Source: Podarcis cretensis
Lineage: Eukaryota
Direction: 5' to 3'
Assembly (NCBI GenBank): GCA_951804945.1
Contig: OX638161.1
Location: forward strand, 29,388,001-29,452,000
DNA length: 64,000 nucleotides
Shown: piece by piece, positions 25,063-38,587 of the stretch
How the letters are laid out: every line of letters begins with the position of its first letter
How positions within the stretch are numbered: the first letter of the stretch is position 1
Translations under genes and position numbers: made by a program
The notes under the pieces: model-generated
Databases searched by the model: none
Told to the model about the DNA's origin: nothing
The model's input: only the letters and a program-made list of their open reading frames with translations

Positions 25063-27339
25063 GTAAGTGTCCTCTTGTTGATTGATGTGCATTGGCAAGA
25101 ACTACCCAAATGGGTCCTGCTTGTCTCCCACAGCAGAGTGAGATGAATGCATGGCTTCGTGTGAACCCAGGGCTCTGCCTTGGAACTGGTTTTAATGGAT
25201 AGCCCTGGAATGTTTGAAATAGAAAACAAGGGAGTGTCTTTGAGCATGTGCGAACGACTTTCCCCTTCCCTAAACAATCAGCAGGCAGGCTCCCCACATC
25301 TCTGAATTTAGGCTGGGCTTCCAGATTACAAGACATAATTCCAAGGCAGGCCTCCCCCACCCCTGAAAAAAATCTGTCTTTCTCAGTAATTAGCCTCTAG
25401 CAATGCGTCCAGTTTCACATAAGCTTTACTAGAGGCTGGCTGTGTAGCCTTAGTATGTGGTTGTTTTTTAAGGTTGACAAAGCATTTAGCAATTTAGTAC
25501 AGCTGTAGAGAAGAGACTTCAGAATACAATTTTTAAATATTAAATACCAACTTTAAAAGACTTTCTCAGGTGTGCAGTCAGCACTAAGGCCATGGGACAA
25601 CAAAGCATAGAGTTGCAGTCCCTGGGACAGAGAAGCTTTCAACTTTTGCCATTTGGTTTCCAGTCCCATTGCCTGCTATGGGCTCCCTTGCCTGGCCTTG
25701 TGGAATCCCCTAGCCCTCAGTAAGGAACAGGGAGTTTAACCTCAGTGGGTTGCTAGGAAGATGACAGGGTGGCTGAGAAGGTAACCACAGTCAAGTTTAT
25801 GAAGCGCCGAAGAGATTAAAAATGCAGCAGTTCTTGAAGAGCCACATGGCACATTGGAAGGTGATCGGAAAGAAATGGCACATCTCAAAAGCTGCAAGGG
25901 CTTCTCTTCATTCTGAGCCAAAGGGTTATTCCACTTGTAGTAAAAGGGGGGAATTTGTGGCCCTCCAGGTGTTGGATTCCCAGCTCCCATTAGTTCCAGC
26001 TCGTATGCCTAGCAGTCAGGGATGATGGGAGTTGTAGTTCAGATGCCCTTGGAATGTTGCAGGTTCCTCATTCCTGATCTGATCCTTTGCATATTCTAAC
26101 TTGCCACAGCTTTCAAGCAGAGGCCTTCGTTCTGCTCCTTTTAAATGGCAATAGGAAGCATTGGATACCTTCAGCAGACAGAGCCTGTGTTCTGCCATGA
26201 GCTTTCCCCCCTCTCCACAGAGGATGGGAGCAGAGCAGATCTTTGAGAGTGTGCTTGGTCTTGAGCTGCCTGACCTGGAACAACCTTTGCCCGAACCCCA
26301 CATGTGTGCTGGAGTCTGGGTGTGCTGGTCATGGTTTGTCAATGGGAAAGTTGCTTTGCACATGCTTACACAGACCCTTGATCTTTCATACGCCACAATG
26401 ATGATTAAGTCACGGCTGCATGCCCCTAAATGTACCAGGGCAGAGTGTGTGCATATCCCTTCCACCCTTTTTGTTTGGAGGATCTCGCCTGAGCACCGGG
26501 AGCATTGTGCATAGGTGATTCAGTTGAAAAGGTAGGTCATTGCTTATAATCAAGGAGGATGCACAGCCCTGTTCCTGATTTGCCAGAATGTTTTGCTATG
26601 GTCCTGCAATGCCAACTGCGACTGCCTTTTCAGACCCACTAAAGATTACATCTGATAGACCTGGAGATGGAGTCCGAATGATGCTGGACTCCTGACTCCC
26701 ATCATCCCGGCCCATAAGCCATGCTGGCTGGGGGTGGCGGGTGCTGGAGTCCCACGACAAATGGGAGGGTCTCAAGTTCTCCCGCATCTGTTGGTAGACT
26801 GTTCCAAAAATGTGGGCCACAAATGAGCTCTCAAGAATGGAAGCTGCTGGGCCTTTCAAAGTCATAAGGACATTTGCACTGTGTAGCTAGGCTTGCAGCT
26901 CTCCTTTTCTTTCAGTGGATGCTCACCTTCCCCTCTGCCCACTCACCCTCCTGCTCCTCCAGCCACACCGAACACACTGGCTGAAAAACACCCTGCCTCT
27001 CTTCCTTCCCTTGAACTGGTCGAGACAGGCAGCTATGAGCAGTGCAGCTGCGTTTGCACTGTGCCTGCAAGACGAACTAGGCTGCATCACAGGGAAAGAA
27101 TAGACCTGTTTGGGTCGTCACTCAGCTGTTGGCTTGGGGGGAATTTCTGCAAAGAGCGCCTCCTGTCCTCTTCCGGCTGCAATGCTTGGTGTGAGCTCCT
27201 GGGGTCTTGTCTGGAGCTGTGCAGCGGGGCACCCGCCCGCGCCTCTTTTTGTGTGTGTGTGTCGGCTGCGCCCTGCGGGCCAGGAGAGAGAGGTGAAAGC
27301 AGGGCGTTTTCATGGCTCTCTTTCTGTTCCACTCCTCAG

Positions 27340-27501
27340 CTTGCTCGCATCACAAAACCGAGCCAGACAAGGCACACAGGCAGCCCTTAGGCGATCTAAG
27401 GGCTGCCCCCAAGGCCGAGAGAGCGCCAGAGCGCTCGCTTATCCTGACTCCAGTTCATGAGAAAAAGCGATTGCGGGACAGCTCCTCCGAGAGAAGCGAA
27501 G
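27340..27501 (+). CDS. KANSL1: KANSL1 exon 9 (162 bp): CSHHKTEPDKAHRQ...RLRDSSSERSE
   Basis: ctcctcag acceptor; AAG|gtaggc donor; phase 1/1. Confidence 0.9.
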
Positions 27502-27884
27502 GTAGGCTGGCCACAGCCAGGTCTTTCCGGGGAGAGCTTGGGTTTCGCATTCCTGTTCTCGTCCTCCCCTCCAGCTTCGGAGAAGGGTGCTTGCTGCTTC
27601 TGGGGAATTAAAGGGGGCACCTAGTGTCAGATGCTGCAGTCTGTCTTCTTGTGCACTTTTTTTTTAAAAAAAGGAGGAAGTCATTAAAACTTCCTCCTTC
27701 AGGGAAGTAAGTCCTGCCCAATGAGGTTCTTCTCCTTTTCTCTGTAGTGTGCTCTCTGGTTCCTTTTGGTACGGATTGCTTGATTACAGGTTGCTGCAAA
27801 GCTTTGCAATGGTGATGATAATAGGCACTGTTTGACTCACCTCCTCCTCTTCCCCTCCTCTCTTTGTGCTTCCTTCCCGCACAG

Positions 27885-28039
27885 TATTGAAGCACCATGC
27901 AGATATCGGAGGCCCGAGCTACCTCTCCAGCAACATGGCCTCCGCGGCCCACAGCCCCATTGTGCGGCAACTGTCCACCTCCTCGGAAAACTCCATCCCT
28001 TCTGCCAGCACGAGCTCGCTGGGAGCCTCCAGTGCATCT
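27885..28039 (+). CDS. KANSL1: KANSL1 exon 10 (155 bp): (V)LKHHADIGGPSYL...HSPIVRQLSTSS...SSAS
   Basis: cccgcacag acceptor; TCT|gtaagt donor; phase 1/0. Confidence 0.93.
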
Positions 28040-28152
28040 GTAAGTACCTCCCAGGAGTCCGTCCCCCAACATAGTTCATTAAAGCAAAGCCTTGTGGTCA
28101 CCATTGTGATACTTGCCCCTTCACTAAGCAATGCACTTTGCAGAGTGTAAGA

Positions 28153-28290
28153 CAGGCATAGGCAAACTCGGCCCTCCAGGTGCTTTGGGACTACAACTTC
28201 CATCACTCCCCCAGCTAACAGGACCAGTGGTCAGGGATGATGGGAGTTGTAGTCCCCAAACACCTGGGGGGCCGAGTTTGCCTATGCCTG
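28153..28290. mobile_element. Palindromic hAT MITE
   Basis: TIR CAGGCATAGGCAAACTCGGCCC; perfect TSD gtgtaaga. Confidence 0.9.
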
Positions 28291-30877
28291 GTGTAAGAGG
28301 AGAGGTCCCTGCCCCAAAGGAGCTTCCAGCTGAATTTGACAGAGGAATCGACAAAGGAAGGGGAGGGAAGCCTGAGTCAGGGTAAACAGGGAAGTGGTAT
28401 GTGCTGTTTCAGTTGCAATTTCTTGGGCTGGCTTTTTGGCTGAACTGCAGCAGGGCCCCAGGGGTTGGGGGAATGAGTGTCCCTCCCAGTGCTACTAGAC
28501 TCCCAACTCCCATCAGACCTAGCCAACACAGTCAGTGATCAAGGATGTTGTAGTTTAGCAACATCTTCATAGAGAGGAATGGACACATACCCTGCTTATA
28601 TGGCATGGGAGCTAAGTTTTTGTGCCAGAGTTTTCATACGAAAGGTGGGTTTTGTTGTTCTCACTGCTTGCACTCCTTACTCTTACAAGGGGTAGGGCTG
28701 AGGTTCGGTCTCCCATCTAGGTTTTGGAGCCTGGGGCCAGCTGCTGGGCCAAGTCAGTCTGGTTGCTCAGGCATCAGTTTCTGGAGTGAAGTTGATAAAT
28801 GCGACAGAATGGGCATAGATTGTGTTCAAGAAATGGTGTTGAGTCTGCAGCAGACAATGGAAGGCACTTTAGCAAAGAGGGTGGGGTTCTAAGACTGGTG
28901 AGGCTTGGGTTGAAGAGAGCAAAGGCAGGCTTGGCTCACGAATGTGCCGTTGCTCGTCTATCCACAAGGGAGGTCCTTGTGCCTTGAAGCAGCTGCACAG
29001 GAGAATGGAAAGTTGATCCTGTTGGACTAAGAGCAGAAGAACTTCATGCAAGGAAACCTCAGTATCTGTTGAATTGTTAAAAAAATAAATTCAATACTAA
29101 AAACAAGGCCCTCAAGGAAGGCCAAGATGTAAAAATCTAAATAAGCCAGAGGTATTAAATAAATTTGTTCATTCTAACTCATTCAGTAAGAAGAGCAGAG
29201 TCTTCCATTTCACATGTTGCCACATGATCATGATATTTGGGATTTTATACCACCCCTTAAAAAAAAAAGAGAGAAGAGGGGATTAAAAAGAGATACAAGA
29301 GGGAGGCTACTGAACCCATTGAGAAGTTTGTACCTTCTCCCTGATTGGCTCTTACTACTTCATACTTCATTGGACCTTTCAGATGCCTAAATAACAGAGG
29401 GGCCCACTGATGTGCATCCAGTGACTTTGGCTTAAGCCAATCAGTGCCAGGATTTCTCTGTGTGTAACAATCCTATTCTCCTACATTACAGGGCTATAAT
29501 GAGGCCAGTTAAATACCCTAGATTATGCAGCAGCACCCCTCCCAACTAATCACCTTGCCTCAATCATCTTGTGATTAAAGTGTAGTTTTAACAACAGTAG
29601 ATGTTTGTATTCAGGTTTCATCCACCTTTTTTCACACTGAGGGTGGGAAGGAGAGCATTGAGACGATGGTAAATTGCGGCAGCTTCTGTCAAGATTTGTT
29701 TTTGTTTGGTTTTGTTTGGTCCATCCTGAGGACTTTGGTACAAACGTGAAAGTTTTTTCTTTTAAAAAAAAGTCTACAAAGACCTGGGTTCCGGTTTCCT
29801 GGTATAGCCATGAGGCTTTTTCTAGATGGCTTTTGGGCAAGATAACCACTCCTTGGATTGTTGCGATTCTGAGATAAGATCTGAACAGACTGCGATCTGC
29901 ACTGTGTCTTTAGGGACAGGGAAGGAGGAAAAGCTGTAGATTCTCAGCTCTTAAGTGAAGAGGATAAAATAACCCAGCGGCAATAGAACAGGTCTTGAAA
30001 TTCTGCGCGTGGGGGTGGTGGGGTCTTGGAATCCGGATCAACCCCCCTGACAAACAGATGAAGTGCAAAGGTGGCACACACAGCAAGCCATGCCAGTACT
30101 TTAGAAAGCTGTTTAGGAATGAAGCTAGGGAAGAGTGGGAGCTATGGGGAAGTTGCCAGGAATGCCTCCCTATATGCCATTGCTGCAAAAAAGAGAGATT
30201 TTTTCCCTTGGTTTTTTTTTTAAAAGCACACATTTGTGCACGGAAAATGTTTTTTGAAGCTCGCAGTGGCGTCTCAGGGAAGAAGCGGCACCCCCAGGTG
30301 TGCAAGGCATGTGCTGCTAAGATAATGCATAAAGCTGGCAAGGGTGAGATGTGCTGAATACCTAAAAAGCCCTTTGTTGCTATGGATATTCAGGAAGACG
30401 TGTCGGAGAACATTCACAAATGTTGGGATTCAAGGAGAGGGCGACTTGTGCTTGGAGGAGGGTAGGCATTTTTAGAAGCGCACGGTGTTCAGGCTTGGTT
30501 GCATCTCTGCGCTTTAGTCGTTCAGAAAGACTGAAATGGGCGTGGCCCTGTGCCTGGCAGATACCCAATCAGAAAGTTCAGAGGGGGTGCCAAAGAGGCT
30601 TCCCTCCCTCAAATCAATTATCCCTCTCTCTCTCAGTCATGGATGGGGAACCAGTTCAGATGTTCTTGGTCTCTCGCTTCAGGCAGCTAACATGACTGAT
30701 AGTCTTGGCCTTGGGAGTTGGAGAGCCAAAGATTCCCCATGCCTTCTGCAGTTAGAATTTATTCTCAAATACCCCCAGAACTTTGATAATGTCCTGTGTA
30801 CACTGCTATGAGACAGGCAAAAAGAATTCTAGAGATTGGAAAGGGTGTAATTCTCTCTGTGTTAACCCTTAACAACC

Positions 30878-31021
30878 GTAAAGGTAAAGGTACCCCTGCC
30901 CGTACGGGCCAGTCTTGACAGACTCTGGGGTTGTGCGCCCATCTCACTTAAGAGGCCAGGGGCCAGCGCTGTCCGGAGACACTTCCGGGTCACGTGGCCA
31001 GCGTGACATCGCTGCTCTGGC
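30878..31021 (-). mobile_element. 5'-truncated Sauria SINE
   Basis: Near-identical to the 3' ~145 bp of the 59112 copy. Confidence 0.85.
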
Positions 31022-31902
31022 CAGTAGGCCCAGGTAATCCTTCCTATGGGGTTGTCTTTGCTTGAGAGATAGTGCAGAGCATCTACTTCCTCCTCCACCC
31101 ACCTTCTTTCTGCTACATGCTTGCTCTTCCAAGTGGAGTAAGGCGCCACTCTGCTGCCTTAGTCGGTCAGCTTTCAGAAATCACTGCAGGGCTGTTAATG
31201 CTTTCTGCACATGCAAGGAATTCCAATGTATTCCGACCAAATGCCCTTCCTCGTGGGTCATTTTGTGGCTGTGAATTTCTTGGGCTGGTGGCGATGGCAG
31301 CTGTGCTATTGTCTCACAGGGTGACATACACTGGGGTGAGAAAAGGCAGGAATCAGGAGCCCTGAGCTTTCCGGTGGTTGCTGACTCTTAATGACCTCTC
31401 ATTTCCTCCCCCCCCCCCCTTGAATATTTAAACCAATTGATCCTAGGATCCTTGCAGTTGGGTAAAACAGATTCACAAGCATGTGTGCCTGAACTTGAGT
31501 TGGGGAGAGAGAAACACATAAGTGGCAACATAATTCTCCATTGTGGAGAAGACCTGAGTGTGTGGGTATCTAAAGCCCGTAGCCCAAATTCCCTGGATGA
31601 AGGTATACTAAATAAGGAAATGAGAAGATGCGCAAACTACCTCCATAGGATGAGCTTGACAGGGAAATGGCTTCTGGGGCTTGGTTTGAAGGTTGGTGGC
31701 ACAAAACAAACCACCCTGGAGTGTTTTTGGTGAGGGACAAGACTCCATCTCTTTGGGCAGCCTTGTGGCCTTGCGCCATCACTAGGCAGAGTTAACACCG
31801 AAAAGGGGGCATCGCCTTCCTTGCTTCGTGCAGCTCCCTGCTCTTGGAAGTGCTTCCTCCTCCTCCTCCTTCCCTGAGCATTTTTCTTTTTGTGTTTTGC
31901 AG

Positions 31903-32027
31903 CAGCAGCAGCCGCGGAGAAGGAGAGGCGAAAGCTCTTTCGATATTAACAACATTGTCATCCCTATGTCTGTGGCTGCGACGACCCGCGTAGAGAAACT
32001 GCAGTACAAAGAAATCCTCACGCCGAG
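31903..32027 (+). CDS. KANSL1: KANSL1 exon 11 (125 bp from the first AG): [41 protein letters not shown]
   Basis: Tandem (CAG)4 acceptor; AG|gtatgc donor; strongly conserved peptide at the start of the PEHE region. Confidence 0.96.
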
Positions 32028-32271
32028 GTATGCGCAGGGACGCCGTTTCCCCCTTGCTCTCCTCCAGGTCACAGGAGGGGAGGGCCCTAGACCAACAAGG
32101 ACACAGGTGTGCAAAAGTTAGGTTTTCCCCCATCGTGAGGAAGGGGGGGGGACATTGACGGTGGTCCAAAAAAGCCCCATGTTTCTTGCCTGGCTGTACA
32201 AAGTACCCAGAGTATTGAGGATGGCCACCCATTCTCCAGTTGACTGACTTCTCTGCTGACCTGTGTTGCAG

Positions 32272-32329
32272 CTGGCGTGTGGTGGATATCGGTGGCCTGA
32301 AGGTGAACCCCGATGAAGACAACGAAGAG
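32272..32329 (+). CDS. KANSL1: KANSL1 exon 12 (58 bp): (S)WRVVDIGGLKVNPDEDNEE
   Basis: gttgcag acceptor; GAG|gtaatc donor; phase 2/0; PEHE region. Confidence 0.95.
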
Positions 32330-34615
32330 GTAATCCAAATGGTTCTCCTCGAGGGCCTCTGTGAAACTGATTCTCTCTCCCTCCCCACCCCCACAATATT
32401 TCATTTTGTGTTACATATTTTCCTATTGTATTCCACTCTACGATTGGTTTTAATGAAAGACTGGTTATAGATTAACCAAAATAAAGTAGTAAAATAAATA
32501 GGCCCTTCTGGAGCTTCTGTGCCCAGGGCAGCATTCCATGTAAGCAGTTTTCATCAAAGGAGCATGGCAAAATCCGTCCTGTGGGTGACTTTCTGTCATA
32601 AAGCATGCACATGAGGCATACAGTGCTCCTCCTAAGTCAGCGCTCTCTTCTTGGGCGGCTCAGTGCTGGTGTGTCTCTCAATTTCGAATATCCACTGCAA
32701 GGGGGAGCACCTGCCTTGGACATTCGCGCCATTGATTTGAACTTAAAGCAGAGTTGTACTTCCTCTGTGGTGGCTGGTGCTTTTTCGGCGAAAGTACTAG
32801 GTAAAGTCCAGTTACATAGCCGCCAGATTAGTCTGACTTGCCTTGCCTCCCCACCCCCCTGCTTTGCCTTGTGTTCTTTGCACTGAAATGAACAGGGTGG
32901 AATAACATAATGACAGTGTAACGTACGTAATAAACTACATAAATTTCACCACAGCAGAGAGCGAGACAAGTAACTGTTTCGAAAGATGAACTGCAGCAGA
33001 ATGAAAACAATGCTGCATGCAGTGAATACTGGCGGGTTGGCAAACAATGCCTTCTTGCAAGGAGAAGGCAGCCTTGCCTTAATCTTTGACTGCCATCCTT
33101 TAAGTGGCTTTTTATGTGGTCACAAAACCTACAGTGTAATTTATTTAATATGCCTTTGTAGAGTCTGGAAGTAAGTGAACAGGCAGCACAGCTTTCGTAG
33201 CCTTCAGCTTAGGCATTCATTCCTTAAAGCAATGACACTGTGTTTGGCAGATGGCGTGATCGTTTTATGGTTGGAAAGTTACCCACGTGCGGGATTTTGC
33301 CCCCAGGTGGTGCATATTTAACCTCACCCTAAGAAACTGAACATTCTTCAGGATATGGCTGGTTCTAGGTCTACTCATGTGAGGCCTGTGTCATGCAGGC
33401 TTTCTTTACTGAATAGCAGCTGGTTTTTAAAAACCATGTGATGGCATTTTGTGGTTGTCAGTTACTTTAGGAACTCAGCCTCTTGTCTTCCGAGTTCCTT
33501 GCATGTACAGTCCGATTCCTGGAGAAGATGAGGGAAAACTTACCTCCTGTTATAGAGAAGGAACAAGATAAAGCCCAGCGCCTCCCAGGTTTCTCTTCCT
33601 CATGAAGTGTTTGAGAATATTCATGCAGTGAGGAGAGAACTTTTGTCTATGGCAAAAAAATAAAATTTCCCCCTCATTTATTCTCTGTTTTCGCCACTAC
33701 ATTCTGCTCTTTGCCAAAATAAAAACCAACAATCCAAATGAATTAACTCAATACAATATTTTAAAAGAGAAAAACGGGAAGGCACCAAATTTCAGGGAAG
33801 GAGAGAGCCTCCAGGCACAGAGAAATATTGGAGCCCAAAACATTTTAAATGTTCTGGACTCCAGCTACAGGCTTCTCTCCATCCCCCGTTCCCTGTTCCC
33901 TGCAACATAAGCGAACAAGGCCGTATGTTGTAAAGACATTTCATATATGGAATGTGACCTTCTTTGGATCAAAATTTTGTTTCATTTCCAAAAGTGGTCT
34001 GCCAGTTGAAAAATAGCAGCTTTCTGAAGTTTGGGTTTGGTATGTGGAATAACTGAGCAGAGGGGGGCATCATTCATTCACTCTTTCATTCCAAATTAAA
34101 AAATTAAGACTTACTGTGCTCCTTGCCCTACATAAGTACTGTCCCAGGTAGATTACTGATGTTCTTTGCAAGAAGGCCGTTCCAGCCTCTCACTGCCAGG
34201 ATACGGATAAAAGCACACCTGAGAAACCTAAATCAGTTTTCAGAACTGGAGGAGGGTCTTTCTGCTGCAGCAAAGCCCATCACCTCCTAAAATTGGGTCT
34301 TGCTGTGTATGACTGTTTCCTGATCAAACTGTGGGGCTTGTTGAATGGGCAAAGTGAGTTTTGAATGGGAACAAATGAGCCCTCGCCCAACTTCTCTTGC
34401 CTCAAATGTGTGCTCACAGAAACTAGCGGGATTGTCTGAACTGTCCCTTCCAGCTGCTCATGGATAGAAAATTAAGGGTGGAAGAGCAGAGAACAGCTGC
34501 TGTGCCTGGACACCTTTATGGTGTGCCAGGTGGTGTTTTGTACAGCCTCCTTCATTGAAACCAGAGACGCTTTGGAGACTATCTCAGTGCTAACCTCACA
34601 TGATTTCTCTTCCAG

Positions 34616-34728
34616 ATAGAGGATCTGTCTGACTCAGCCTTTGCCACTCTCCACGCCAAGTGTGAGGAGTCGGAACGGGCAAGGTGGCTTTGGAGCACAA
34701 CTGTGCCGCCTCAGCGGCGGGGCAGCAG
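34616..34728 (+). CDS. KANSL1: KANSL1 exon 13 (113 bp): [37 protein letters not shown]
   Basis: ttctcttccag acceptor; AG|gtaagg donor; PEHE core (EDLSD..F...H..CE..E). Confidence 0.96.
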
Positions 34729-34769
34729 GTAAGGCCAGCTGCTGTTTCAGCACCACAGTGCCTATAAAT

Positions 34770-35063
34770 ACCTCCAGATATCTAAAAGGCTGTCATGGGG
34801 GGAGGATGGTGCAAGCTTGTTTTCTCCTTCTCTGCAGCCTAGGATCTGAGATCGAAACACCAGGAAGAACTTTCTGAAAGTAAGAGCTGTTCCAGCCGTG
34901 GAGCAGACTGCCTTGGAAGCTGGTGGGTTCTCCTTCCTTGGAGGTTTCTGAGCAGAGGCTGGATGACCATCTCTCATGGATGCTTTAGTTGAGAATCCTG
35001 CATTGCGAGAGGTTGGGCTAGACAACCCTCAGGGTCCCTTCCAACTCTTTGATTCTGTGATTC
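34770..35063 (+). mobile_element. CR1 LINE 3' fragment
   Basis: Typical CR1 3' end (GGTCCCTTCCAACTC...GATTCTGTGATTC); homologous to 58760-59060. Confidence 0.8.
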
Positions 35064-37136
35064 CGGGTCCCAGCAGATGCTCAGAGTTGGCCACCCTCCA
35101 ATAAAGGAGAATGCCAGCACTACTCAAAAGCCTTTTAGAACTTAACAGGTCAAAGACAAAACCCACAGTGTTAGCCAGCAGACAGGAAAGAAACAGGGCA
35201 GGGGCTGAAACCATCTGAGGTGGCTCAGTTGTGAGTGCAACCTCTGGGTTGTGTGCAGGTCACCCCTACCCTGATTGGGCACTAACCATTGTTTACCATT
35301 CCATTCGAACCGCAACTTGCTTTGGAAACCAGGGTTTGATCCTGATAACCAGTCCTTGTTTGCAGAAGAATGTTTAACTATGGCTTGCCCATTTGAACAA
35401 AACAAACCTATGGTTTGTCTCAAACCAGGACATGAGAAGGGGAACTGCCACACCCAAAAGGAAGGACAGAGTGCCTGAGCCCTAGGCTTGGGCACCTAAT
35501 TACAAACCACAATTTGGAAGCTAAATCTGAACTACCCCTCTACATAACTTGGTTCCAGTAATCACCCTGTAAGGTTTTGAGTGAATGGCTCATTCCTTTC
35601 ATTGTGAATTTGCAGAGTTTCGCTCTTTATGGGGTTGGACTAGATGACTCTCCCTTCCAACTCTGCAGCTCTGTGATTCTACAAGCCCAAATGCCTTGGT
35701 GGTGGGCAACTTACTTTCAGTGTTCCTCTGTATTGCCGCACAGGCAGTGTTTGTCTTGAGTGTGGCAATGTTCTGGTATTTGCTTGTGGGAAGAAGATAT
35801 AAGGCACCAATGGTCTGAGGCTAGAAAGAGGGGCTGCCTTTAGGAACTGTGGTTCATTCAGAGCCTGGTTGAAGAACTTTCAGCCCTTTAGAGGTTTTTA
35901 AGACTCCAGCTCCCATCATCCCAGACCATTTAATGGACCATCCTGACTGGGGCTGATGGGAGTTTTGATTCAACAATATTTGGAAGGCCACAACCTCCTC
36001 TTTCCTGGCCTAGAATATGGCAGCCAGGTTATTAACAGGCACTGGCAACTGACATTATTTGCCTGGGATTGATGGCACAACATTTCTGCGAGTTTTGCAC
36101 TTTTACAGGCGTGCATGGCTTGTGGCATTTAACAAAGCATGCAGGAGGTTACAATGTGGACTTCAGCACAAGGAATACAGTAGAAAGATGAGGGACGCAG
36201 ACTGCAGCATGGCTAGACGGGGGGTGGACAGGACAGGTGTTTCATTACAGTTAAATTAGCTTGGGTTTGGGCACAGTAGGGCAGGGGTGAGGAAATGGAT
36301 CTCGCCAGAGCTGGAAGGTGTCAATCTTCTGTGGGACTCTTGCTCCAGGTGGACAAGACTGTTTGAATTGGAAATTTGCTTAGCTACTGATCCTTGTACA
36401 GCGACAACTTGAATTTAAGCCACACCTGCAAAGGAAGAATCGGGAACTTTGGCTTTTGGATTTGGTGCATTTCTGTTGCACTGCTTTTGGAAGCAGCACA
36501 GCAGTGAAAAGTACCAAATTCAAACAGTGCTGAATTTAACCTGCGTCTCCCAAGGGATTGTGCTGCCGCGGCTTTCATTTGGTTCTGCAGCACCAAACCT
36601 GTCCCTGACACCGGATGACGGACAGATCTGTGTGGCTTGGCACAAACAGCCTAGCGGACCAAAGGGCCTCATTAGACTCCCCGACTGCAGGTGCCTCACT
36701 TCTGGAGGAGAATCTGAAGATGAAGGAATTGTGCCAGAGGCAGCGGGTCGTAGGAGAGATTTGAAGGCTGTTCTGATGGGACAGCAGGGGAGAAAAGGCA
36801 GAGCCCTTTGAGGGAGCTGGAGACCTGAGGGTGAAGGCAGGGATCTGTCAGGATATGAGAGCAGAGAAGTGGCAGCTGTTGAGGAAGGGCATGTCAGACT
36901 TGGAGAAGAAGGGGCTTGTCTTCATCTACCTGCTCTTCTGGCCCTTTCCCAGCACTGCAGCTGTGCTCTGCTTGAAACTAATTGGATTGAGTGAGGTGGG
37001 AGGGCACACTATTGGGTGGGTTCTGGTGGCCTTTTGAATGTAAGCCATTGGGAACGCGTGGCTTTCAACATGTGATGCTGGCACCTTCCTTTTTTAAAGC
37101 AGAGGGGGGAAAAGAAATGCATTGTCGTCATTCCAG

Positions 37137-37383
37137 GTCTTACAGATCCACAGATGGACGGACAACGCCGCAGCTGGGGAACCCCTCGACCCCACAACCA
37201 GCATCACCCGATGTTGGCAACTGCTACGCGCATTCTGATGTCTCCCACACCCACTCGCCACGCAGCCCCATCAGCCCAGACATGTTTTCTGGTCCCCACA
37301 CCCCTCTGTCCCGGGACTCCATGCGGCATCTGTCCAGTGAGGACACACGATGTTCCACACCGGAATCTGGCCTTGATGAACAG
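37137..37383 (+). CDS. KANSL1: KANSL1 exon 14 (247 bp): [14 protein letters not shown]...[12 protein letters not shown]
   Basis: cattccag acceptor; CAG|gtgggt donor; phase 2/0. Confidence 0.94.
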
Positions 37384-38587
37384 GTGGGTGGTGGGTTTCT
37401 TTGCGGCTTTGCTTAGCATTCTAGGTAGTAATATTAATGAGTTGTGTTGACAGACAAGTAATGTCTACTGTGAAGAAGGCAATTTCTCTTCCCCGCCCTC
37501 CAATAACGGGTTTCCAAGGCGCCTATAGTTAGAGTGGGGTTTTACTTTCTGGACAGAAAGCAGGGGCCCCTTCCCCAGTCCATCTGTGTGCAAAAATTGT
37601 CTTAACAAAAGCACTGGACGCAATTTCTCAGTGGAACTGCTATCAATCTGTCACTGTCCACAGGTGAGGTTATGCCAGGGGCCTTCTGGTGTTAGACTTA
37701 ACTCTCTTCCACATCAGCCAGCTTGGCCAATCTCTGGAGGGCCACAGCTTCCATCCCTTGTTTATGCTGATAATGGAACAACCTTCTCCAGCCAGGGTTA
37801 CCACATGTTTCGGACAACAGCTCTCAGCCCAAGCTAATATGGCCAATGGAAAATAATGGCAGAACAACATCTTCAGGGTACCAGAAGGGTCTACCAGACA
37901 CTTCTGAACCAAGATGGGCCAGGAGGAGATAGGAGTGCTTAGTTGCGAACAAGAGCCTATGAGATATAGTGGGCGTAACTGAAGCCTGGTGGAGTGGAGC
38001 ACAGCAGTGTGGAATACAGCTATCCTGCTAGATAAAAACTATTTAGGAAAGATGTATAGGTAGTGGTTTGGTTCCAGGTGTTGGCAAGGGGTGCCTCAGT
38101 CAAGACACTTAATTCCCATCCTTTGAGAAGGTTGCAAGGATGTTGCACATTTCTTGAGAAGGTTGCAAGGTTGTTGCACATTTATTGGAAGAAGAGCAGG
38201 TTGCTGTCAGTGCCTGAAGATTCAGGGATGGAGGATTTAGGTTAAATATTGGGAAGATTTGTGTATGGGAAGAGAATGTATACATTGCCCAGGGAAGTTG
38301 GGGGATACCTCCTGGAGATTTCCAAGAAAAATTTGGACAAGGCAAAGACTCTATAAAGGCCCCAATTCAGGGTTGGTGCTAACTGTCCCAACTCCCGTTC
38401 ATTTCCCAACCGGGCAACACGTTTCTCGGAAAACGCCTCAATTATTATTGCCGTACAGATTTCTGTAGTGAACTGTGTGTCTGGGACTTAGCTACAGAGA
38501 TAATGATTTGATGTGTTCTAAAGGGTGTGCAGATGCCATGCAGATCGACGTTGAAGCCCACCTGACCATTCTTCGGTTGCTTTTCAG

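Noticed and set aside
28124-28385. Mirror-image ORFs on both strands (GIGKLGPPG..GLQLPS)
   Set aside because: A consequence of the palindromic MITE at 28153-28290.
30862-31149. Peptide PEQRCHAGHVTRKCLRTALAPG repeated at 59042-59275
   Set aside because: Translation of two Sauria SINE copies, not a gene family.
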